Source: a virus (taxonomy: Duplodnaviria; Caudoviricetes). From it: a stretch of 27,325 bases of DNA. The notes beneath the pieces were generated by a model. That model did not search any database. It was not told where the DNA came from and saw nothing but the letters and a program-made list of their open reading frames with translations. The stretch is taken from IMG/VR virus record IMGVR_UViG_3300032284_000688, positions 1 to 27,325 of that record. One strand, written 5' to 3'. Shown in pieces: positions 19,911 through 25,818 of this stretch. Both the position numbers and the translations under genes were made by a program. Each line of letters starts with the position of its first letter. The first letter of the stretch is position 1.

Positions 19911-20582
19911 ATGTCAAACTTATCTTCATTTCTTGGCGGTTCTTCTCCGAAAGTAAGCTACTTCACCGGAACCGGCTCGAACACGTTCACTAAGCCTGCC
20001 AATGTTTCGTGGGTAACGGCGCTACTAGTTGGGGCTGGAGGCGGATCGTATAATGGTGGTTTCTCCAACGGCGGTGGCGGTGGCGGAGGGGAAGTGATTC
20101 TGATTCCTGTATATTTAACTGGAAATTCTACTATATCGGTCGGCGCTGGACAAGGAGGAGATGTGGGCGACGGTGCCAATACTACCATGACAACTAATCA
20201 AGGTGTCACTGTTACTGCATATGGAGGGACCAGAACTTTGAATGACGTTGGTGCGATGGGAGGCGGGGGAACTGGTATAGGAGGAGCAGGCGCAGCAACC
20301 ACATCTGATAAAGGAGCAGCAGGGTCTGCATCTGGGACCGTGTTCGGTGGCGGAGGTGGTGGATATGGTAGTGGTGGAACAACGAACGGGGGAGCCTGTT
20401 TGTACCAAGGATCCGCAGGAGGAACAGGAAGTTCTGCCCGAGGCGGCGGCGGCGGTTCTTTCGGTCCAGGTGCCAACGGCGGCAATAGTGGAGCTTCGAA
20501 TACTGGAGCAGGCGGCGGAGGTCCGATCGGCGGGCCAACTTCCGGCGGCAGCGGATTAGCCATTGTATACTATTTGGGATAA
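19911..20582 (+). CDS. Glycine-rich virion protein (polyglycine adhesin-like)
   Basis: MSNLSSFLGG, NTFTKPANVSWVTALLVGAGGG, GGGGGGGEV, ISVGAG, several GGGGG blocks and terminal GGSGLAIVYY. Confidence 0.8.
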   Translation: MSNLSSFLGGSSPKVSYFTGTGSNTFTKPANVSWVTALLVGAGGGSYNGGFSNGGGGGGGEVILIPVYLTGNSTISVGAGQGGDVGDGANTTMTTNQGVTVTAYGGTRTLNDVGAMGGGGTGIGGAGAATTSDKGAAGSASGTVFGGGGGGYGSGGTTNGGACLYQGSAGGTGSSARGGGGGSFGPGANGGNSGASNTGAGGGGPIGGPTSGGSGLAIVYYLG

Positions 20583-20584
20583 TC

Positions 20585-20950
20585 ATGCTACCTATCCACC
20601 AACAAATTCACACCAGTTTCTTTTCTCCTCACATTAAATCTGGAGAAGAGTACGACTATACATATGTGGTCAATGGCGGACACTATAACCTATCGTCTTT
20701 TGATAAAGAGGCTATGTTTGTATTACCTCCAACACCAGAAGTAGGTACTACTATATATTTCGCAGACGGTAATGCTTCGACCAAATGGTTCCCAGTAAAA
20801 ATTCACCGGAACGGTAATCTAATCATGGGAGAGAAGGAACATATGAACTGCGATGTTCCTAATGCGAACTTTAAGTTAACATACGTTGGTGGATACATAG
20901 GATGGCAGGTTTCAGCAGATCTAAGATTTATTCCTGAAGGTGTATTATAA
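20585..20950 (+). CDS. Small fibre-associated beta-domain protein
   Basis: FVLPPTPEVGTTIYFADG...VKIHRNGNLIMG...FKLTYVGGYIGWQV resembles the LPxxPxxG...RNG..I.G...L.Y....GW domain of T4-like fibre/baseplate-connector proteins. Confidence 0.6.
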   Translation: MLPIHQQIHTSFFSPHIKSGEEYDYTYVVNGGHYNLSSFDKEAMFVLPPTPEVGTTIYFADGNASTKWFPVKIHRNGNLIMGEKEHMNCDVPNANFKLTYVGGYIGWQVSADLRFIPEGVL

Positions 20951-21381
20951 TGACATTCCGATTAGCGCAACTACAAGACAACACTGTAATTAACGTCGTT
21001 CTTTGCGACGAACAGTATACATATGAATTTCCTGGATATATTCGAGTAGATAATCTGAAACCAGAACCTGGAATCGGATGGACCTATTCCAACGGTACAT
21101 TTACGCCTCCGCCTCCAACTACACCTCCTCCCGTAACAGTATTCACTAAGTTCCAATTCCGATCTAAATTCACCCTTCCTGAATTGGTTTCTATCGATAA
21201 TTCTGGCTTTAATCCAGTACTAGACGCAACCACGAAGGCAACTCTCAATACTATTCAGAAGAACTTCGACGCGGCGGAAAATATCGATATCACCAATCCT
21301 GCAACCATTCAAGGCATTCAGTACCTGGTATCTGTTGGTTTGCTGACCACAGAAAGAGCCACAGAAATCCTGACTCCATAA
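20950..21381 (+). CDS. Probable tail-fibre assembly/chaperone-like protein
   Basis: AQLQDNTVINVV, PGIGWTYSNGTFTPP, TKFQFRSKFTLPE, GIQYLVSVGLLTTERATEIL; coupled to the upstream gene by TAATG. Confidence 0.65.
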   Translation: MTFRLAQLQDNTVINVVLCDEQYTYEFPGYIRVDNLKPEPGIGWTYSNGTFTPPPPTTPPPVTVFTKFQFRSKFTLPELVSIDNSGFNPVLDATTKATLNTIQKNFDAAENIDITNPATIQGIQYLVSVGLLTTERATEILTP

Positions 21382-21384
21382 ATA
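21377..21384 (+). promoter_or_regulatory. Late promoter-like motif (CATAAATA) overlapping a stop codon
   Basis: 7/8 match to consensus, 5 nt before the ATG at 21390. Confidence 0.6.
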
Positions 21385-21389
21385 CCTGT

Positions 21390-21944
21390 ATGATTCATGC
21401 AGGAATAGATTATTCTTTAACCTCCCCAGCGGTGTGCGTCTACAATGATGCACACCCTTTTTGTTTTCAAAACTGTTCTTTCGATGTACTTTCCGACAAG
21501 AAAGTTACTAATCTTTGTAAGAACGTATCCATATTTCCTCACTGTAAGTGGGAAGTCTCAGACGAGAGATATCATAATATAGCTAATCACTTCTATAGAT
21601 CGGATCTGATCGTGGCCGACAATATTCTAATAGAAGACTACTCGCTGGGGTCCAAGGGAAAAGTCTTTCATATCGCAGAAAATACGGAGGTCCTACAGTA
21701 CAATCTATGGAGAAACGCAAAGAAGTACAAGAAGATCCCACCGACATCGCTGAAGAAATGGGTTACTGGTAAAGGGAATGCTACCAAAGAACTAATGTAC
21801 GAACAGTTTCTGAAAGAAGAGAAGATAGACCTCAGCTCTATGATTTTTACCTCTGCATCACGCCGATCAACGAAGATTGATTCTCCTATCTCTGATATCG
21901 TGGATTCGTTTTATCTTTGTAAGTATGCGTTTGTAAATCAATAA
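21390..21944 (+). CDS. RuvC-like Holliday junction resolvase (RNase H fold)
   Basis: AGIDYSLTSPAVC, ILIEDYS, IAENT, IPPTSLKKWVTGKGNATKELM and SDIVDSFYL give the RuvC catalytic D, E and D..D residues. Confidence 0.88.
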   Translation: MIHAGIDYSLTSPAVCVYNDAHPFCFQNCSFDVLSDKKVTNLCKNVSIFPHCKWEVSDERYHNIANHFYRSDLIVADNILIEDYSLGSKGKVFHIAENTEVLQYNLWRNAKKYKKIPPTSLKKWVTGKGNATKELMYEQFLKEEKIDLSSMIFTSASRRSTKIDSPISDIVDSFYLCKYAFVNQ

Positions 21945-21947
21945 ATA
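21940..21947 (+). promoter_or_regulatory. Late promoter-like motif (AATAAATA) overlapping a stop codon
   Basis: 7/8 match at the end of the resolvase gene, upstream of ORF 21993. Confidence 0.55.
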
Positions 21948-21992
21948 GTATTAGGATGAAAATTAAGTAACTTGGAATAAAGGAGAAACCAA

Positions 21993-22352
21993 ATGAACAA
22001 TGTAGACAAGGTAAAGAGATATCTAGATAAGCAGTACAATATTATTCAAGAAGCTGTTGAGAAAATTGATGAATCTAAAGATATATTTGTGTTAAGAGGG
22101 GAAATCACAAAAGGCAAAAAATCTAACAGTTTTGAAGTTAGATTAAACCCAGATAAAATGGGTAGTTCTGCAGCTGGTGATTTGGGTTATGAAATTAAAA
22201 TGTTGAAAAAGGCAAATAAACATCTAAGTCCGCAAGAAATTGCTGCAATTGCTAAACATCTTGATTCTGACCAGGGACAAGAAAATGATGGAGAATCCCG
22301 CCAAGATGGTTATGATATTTCCCATGTTTTTGATTCTGAATCTGAATATTAA
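21993..22352 (+). CDS. Hypothetical protein
   Basis: 119 aa with a strong Shine-Dalgarno (AAGGAG) 7 nt upstream; AT-rich codons; acidic C-terminus. Confidence 0.75.
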   Translation: MNNVDKVKRYLDKQYNIIQEAVEKIDESKDIFVLRGEITKGKKSNSFEVRLNPDKMGSSAAGDLGYEIKMLKKANKHLSPQEIAAIAKHLDSDQGQENDGESRQDGYDISHVFDSESEY

Positions 22353-22355
22353 GGT

Positions 22356-22400
22356 TAACTGAACCTACGTAGGTTCAGTTATAACTGAACCAACGTAGGT
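22356..22400. repeat. Overlapping palindromes built from alternating-orientation 13-bp units
   Basis: TAACTGAACCTAC|GTAGGTTCAGTTA is a perfect 26-bp palindrome (22356-22381), followed by TAACTGAACCAACGTAGGT (22382-22400), a one-mismatch copy of its first 19 bp. Confidence 0.95.
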
Positions 22401-22413
22401 AAAGTAAAATAAC

Positions 22414-22944
22414 ATGAAATCCTTTTCCGAATTTTCCAATTCGTTAGCATATCACCTGGAGAACAAGATCCCTCTGTCTGAGTCAGTATTCAGATATGGA
22501 TCCCAGGGACACTTTGATCTGATTAACGAGGCGAGGCAGTTACAAGACTGCCTCGAACTCTCAGATACAGATAAAGAACTCCTGGCTACTGATATCGGAA
22601 CTGTTGGAATCTATGAAGGAAAAGAAGTTCCTCTGGATTTCCCTATGCTCTCTGAGGCAGAATATCACGGTAAGAACGTAGAGTTAGATAAACCCAAACG
22701 CGGTGGTCCCAAGAAATATTATGTGTATGTGAAGAACTCGTCAGGAAACATAATCAAAGTGTCGTTCGGTGATACTTCTGGACTAAAAGAGAAGATTAGT
22801 AATCCGGCAGCTCGGAAGTCTTTTGTGGCTAGACATAAGTGCGATCAGAAAAAAGATAAGACTACGCCTGGATACTGGAGTTGTCGTTTGCCACATTATG
22901 CCAAGTCTCTGGGATTAAGCGGCGGGGGAAATTTCTTTTGGTAA
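22414..22944 (+). CDS. Conserved phage protein, putative internal head protein
   Basis: MKSFSEF leader; acidic N-terminal half with L/I-x-E sites; basic C-terminal domain AEYHGKNVELDKPKRGGPKKYYVYVKN...ARKSFVARHKC...GYWSC, which I recognise from T4-like environmental phages. Confidence 0.8.
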   Translation: MKSFSEFSNSLAYHLENKIPLSESVFRYGSQGHFDLINEARQLQDCLELSDTDKELLATDIGTVGIYEGKEVPLDFPMLSEAEYHGKNVELDKPKRGGPKKYYVYVKNSSGNIIKVSFGDTSGLKEKISNPAARKSFVARHKCDQKKDKTTPGYWSCRLPHYAKSLGLSGGGNFFW

Positions 22945-22957
22945 AGGTTAACGGACG

Positions 22958-24412
22958 ATGCTAACATTTAAACAGTTTCTTGAAGACAAAAGTATTATCA
23001 AAGAAAAAAGAAAAGACTCAGAAAAGAATATTGCAGCTGCTCCAAGAATTGCTATCAGTAAAGGCGAAACTGGTCATAAATTAGCATTGGAATTATTACT
23101 AAAAATTCCAAAAGATGAACTAAACTTATATGGCGTGACTATGACTGAAATACCCAAGGTGGGGATAAATCCAAGTTCACAATACGATACACCGAACGCC
23201 ATTTACTTCTATCCTGCTGATTATTATATAGAAATTAAGAATAACGGAAAGAAATTAGATTTTGCAGATGATGCTCCATATATTAATGTCATTAAATTTG
23301 AGGTAGATCCTTCTAGAATATTGCACTTATCTAAGTATACATTAAATGATTTGAAATCAGATGTGGTGCTCTTGCGTAAATATTATAGTAATGTTAATCC
23401 TGCATTTGATGATCACGACTGGTTAAAAGAAGCAAGCAAACGTGCCAAGGTGGACATTCCTGCTGGCTTATTATGGTATATAACCATGAAAATGTCAAAA
23501 GAAGATCCTAGGTCTAATCCTAATCCTAATAAATGGAATTATATTTTACGTAAAGTTCTAAATTATCCTTGTGTAATCGATGATGAAGGAGAAGGTATTA
23601 TTCATGAAATGGAACCGACCCAAGGATTAGTATTAGATACTACAAAGATTAAATTAGTTGGACGATTTGATTATAACCCAAAAAACACTTCACAAATAAA
23701 AGCGCAAAGATCAGGTAAAATAGAAGAATACTTGGGTCAATTGTATACTGATATCAAGACTAAATTAAGTCCGACTAAAGAAGAAGCAAGAAAAAGTTTC
23801 ATAGACATAGTGAAAAATTATAAAAGACAACCTAAAGAATCATGGAAATTCATTGCTGCGTATGCATTTAAGTATGCTAAAAACATTATCAAAAAACCTT
23901 TTAAAGACGGCGAATCAGCAATTGCCACTGATCCTAATGCTGCTTATGACTATGCCCTTAATATACTAAAAGGACCATGGAAAGAAGCAGAACCGGCAAT
24001 TGCCACTGATCCTAATGCTGCTTATGACTATGCCCTTAATATACTAAAAGGACCATGGAAAGAAGCAGAACCAGCAATTGCTAAAGACCCTGAAAAGGCG
24101 TATCAATATGCCTTTGAGGTACTAAAAAGACCATGGAAAGAAGCAGAACCAGCAATTGCTAAAGATCATTACTGGGCGTATCAATATGCCTTTAAGGTAC
24201 TAAAAGGACCATTTAAGTTAGGAGAACCAGCAATTGCTAAAGATCGTGACTGGGCGTATCAATATGCCCTTAATATACTAAAAGGACCATTTAAGTTAGG
24301 AGAACCAGCAATTGCTAAAGATCGTCGACGGGGGTATTTTTATGCCTCTGAGGTACTAAAAGACAAAGATCCCTGGACGTGGGCCGAAAGATATAATAAA
24401 GAAAATAAATAA
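22958..24412 (+). CDS. Putative internal head protein: possible ADP-ribosyltransferase-like domain plus 26-aa helical repeats
   Basis: MLTFKQFLE leader; GINPSSQYDTPNAIYFYP ... LNYPCVIDDEGEGIIHEMEPTQGLVLD; C-terminal tandem repeats. The ORF is solid, the function is inferred. Confidence 0.6.
   Translation: MLTFKQFLEDKSIIKEKRKDSEKNIAAAPRIAISKGETGHKLALELLLKIPKDELNLYGVTMTEIPKVGINPSSQYDTPNAIYFYPADYYIEIKNNGKKLDFADDAPYINVIKFEVDPSRILHLSKYTLNDLKSDVVLLRKYYSNVNPAFDDHDWLKEASKRAKVDIPAGLLWYITMKMSKEDPRSNPNPNKWNYILRKVLNYPCVIDDEGEGIIHEMEPTQGLVLDTTKIKLVGRFDYNPKNTSQIKAQRSGKIEEYLGQLYTDIKTKLSPTKEEARKSFIDIVKNYKRQPKESWKFIAAYAFKYAKNIIKKPFKDGESAIATDPNAAYDYALNILKGPWKEAEPAIATDPNAAYDYALNILKGPWKEAEPAIAKDPEKAYQYAFEVLKRPWKEAEPAIAKDHYWAYQYAFKVLKGPFKLGEPAIAKDRDWAYQYALNILKGPFKLGEPAIAKDRRRGYFYASEVLKDKDPWTWAERYNKENK
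23918..24364 (+). repeat. 78-bp (26-aa) coding tandem repeat, about 5.7 copies
   Basis: GCAATTGC recurs at 23918, 23996, 24074, 24152, 24230 and 24308; copies 1 and 2 are 77/78 identical. Confidence 0.97.
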
Positions 24413-24422
24413 ATGTACTATT

Positions 24423-24692
24423 ATGAACCCATATTATGATGTGAATATAGATAATGGAGTTTTCTTAAGAGAATTTTCTCCTGAAGTAGAAGAGTCTGAG
24501 TTGATATGGCACAGAGATCTGCGTGATAGAGAGATTACTGTATTAGAAGCAGAAGGCTGGAAGCTGCAGTTCGACAACGAACTTCCGTTTGAACTTAAAG
24601 TCGGCGATAACTGGTTCATCCCTTCTATGCAGTTTCATAGATTATGGCGCGGATCAGGAACGCTTAGTTTAAAGATAAGAGAGATGGACTAA
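24423..24692 (+). CDS. Small cupin-like protein
   Basis: ELIWHRDLRDREITVLE...WKLQFDNELP...FIPSMQFHRLWRGSGTL: cupin-type HxD...H motifs. Confidence 0.7.
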   Translation: MNPYYDVNIDNGVFLREFSPEVEESELIWHRDLRDREITVLEAEGWKLQFDNELPFELKVGDNWFIPSMQFHRLWRGSGTLSLKIREMD

Positions 24693-25193
24693 ATGGCATT
24701 TACACCATCAACATACGACCAATCAAATCCGGCGCTGTTTAAGCTGACGTTCGACAAGCTCCCGAACGTGGTATACATGTCATATTCTATTGCTCTTCCT
24801 GGAGTAAACTTGAACGCAATCCTTCAGCCAACACCCGTAAGAGATAGACCTATTCCTGGCGATAAGTTGAATTTCGATCCCCTGACTGTAAACTTTATTG
24901 TTCAGGAAAATTTGGCAAACTATATTGAAGTATTCAACTGGATGACAGGAATCAGCCGTACAACTTCAACCGAAGAATATAAAGCATATAAAGCTGCTAA
25001 TCAAAATAGATATTCCGACGCTCAACTTACCGTACTATCTAATAAGTACAATCCAATCATGAGAGTCACGTTTGTCGACTGTTGGCCGACCTCTCTGGCT
25101 CCATTGACATACGACGCTCAAATCGCACCAGCCCAGCCTATTACTACAGAAGCAACCTTCCAATATTCCTACTATAAGGTAGAGACGCTATAA
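24693..25193 (+). CDS. gp3: Tail completion / tube terminator protein (gp3-like)
   Basis: FKLTFDKLPNV, IALPGVNL, IPGDKLNFDPLTVNFIVQENLANYIEVFNWM, YSDAQL, FVDCWPTSL, ATFQYSYY. Confidence 0.85.
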   Translation: MAFTPSTYDQSNPALFKLTFDKLPNVVYMSYSIALPGVNLNAILQPTPVRDRPIPGDKLNFDPLTVNFIVQENLANYIEVFNWMTGISRTTSTEEYKAYKAANQNRYSDAQLTVLSNKYNPIMRVTFVDCWPTSLAPLTYDAQIAPAQPITTEATFQYSYYKVETL

Positions 25194-25750
25194 TGCTATC
25201 CTTTAAAGAATTTCTAACAGAAGCTAAAAAGAAACCTATGGTGTATCTTGACATGGATGGTGTGCTCTGCGATTTCTTTACAGCTTGGTGGGAATTTCAT
25301 AAGAAGAACGCCAAGAAAATGTACGCGGCTGAATCCTGGGAAGATCTGAGAAAGATCCCCAAGAAGGTTCGCGACAAAGAACTCGCGAACCTTCCGAACG
25401 CCGAAGAATTCTTTGCGACGCTAAAGCCCCTTCCTGGCGGGAAGAAGATTGTACATTTTCTGAGAGACAATGACATCCCGTTTCAAATCTTATCGACTCC
25501 GCTCGGGTCGGATAGAGAAGGATCTATCAGCGGCAAAACAAAATGGTTAGAAGCCCATGGACTGGGCAATGTGAAGGCAAACTTCGAAGAGAACAAGGCC
25601 AAGTATGCAAAGAAGGGCGATATTCTGGTAGACGATTATGGTGTGAATATTGCCAAGTGGAACCTTGCAGGTGGAGTTGGAATAAAGCACGACGAAGATA
25701 CAACAGACAACACTCTTGAACTGTTAGCTAAATATATCTTAGGAAAATAA
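25193..25750 (+). CDS. HAD-family 5'(3')-deoxyribonucleotidase (NT5C-like) with a capsid-targeting-like leader
   Basis: HAD motifs VYLDMDGVLCDF, ILSTP, GKTKWL and ILVDDY..NIAKW...GGVGIKH; N-terminus MLSFKEFLTEA. Confidence 0.88.
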   Translation: MLSFKEFLTEAKKKPMVYLDMDGVLCDFFTAWWEFHKKNAKKMYAAESWEDLRKIPKKVRDKELANLPNAEEFFATLKPLPGGKKIVHFLRDNDIPFQILSTPLGSDREGSISGKTKWLEAHGLGNVKANFEENKAKYAKKGDILVDDYGVNIAKWNLAGGVGIKHDEDTTDNTLELLAKYILGK

Positions 25751-25751
25751 C

Positions 25752-25780
25752 TTGCCTTCCTGAGATCTGTACGCTATAAT
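25752..25780 (+). promoter_or_regulatory. Sigma70-type (early) promoter
   Basis: TTGCCT (25752-25757), 17-bp spacer, TATAAT (25775-25780) in an intergenic gap. Confidence 0.75.
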
Positions 25781-25818
25781 AGTATTGTAAGGTTGATTGA
25801 TAGGAAATGAGGAAATTT

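Noticed and set aside
22356-22381. Palindrome as a rho-independent terminator
   Set aside because: No loop, not GC-rich and no U-tract on either strand; kept as an unexplained repeat instead.
23918-24364. 78-bp repeats as a CRISPR array or a DGR template/variable repeat pair
   Set aside because: They are in-frame coding repeats without unique spacers; differences are not confined to adenines; no cas or reverse transcriptase gene is in the window.
25807-25818. ATG at 25807 as the start of the last + strand gene
   Set aside because: The ATG at 25819 has a GAGGA ribosome-binding site and yields the leader shared with neighbouring genes; 25807 cannot be fully excluded.
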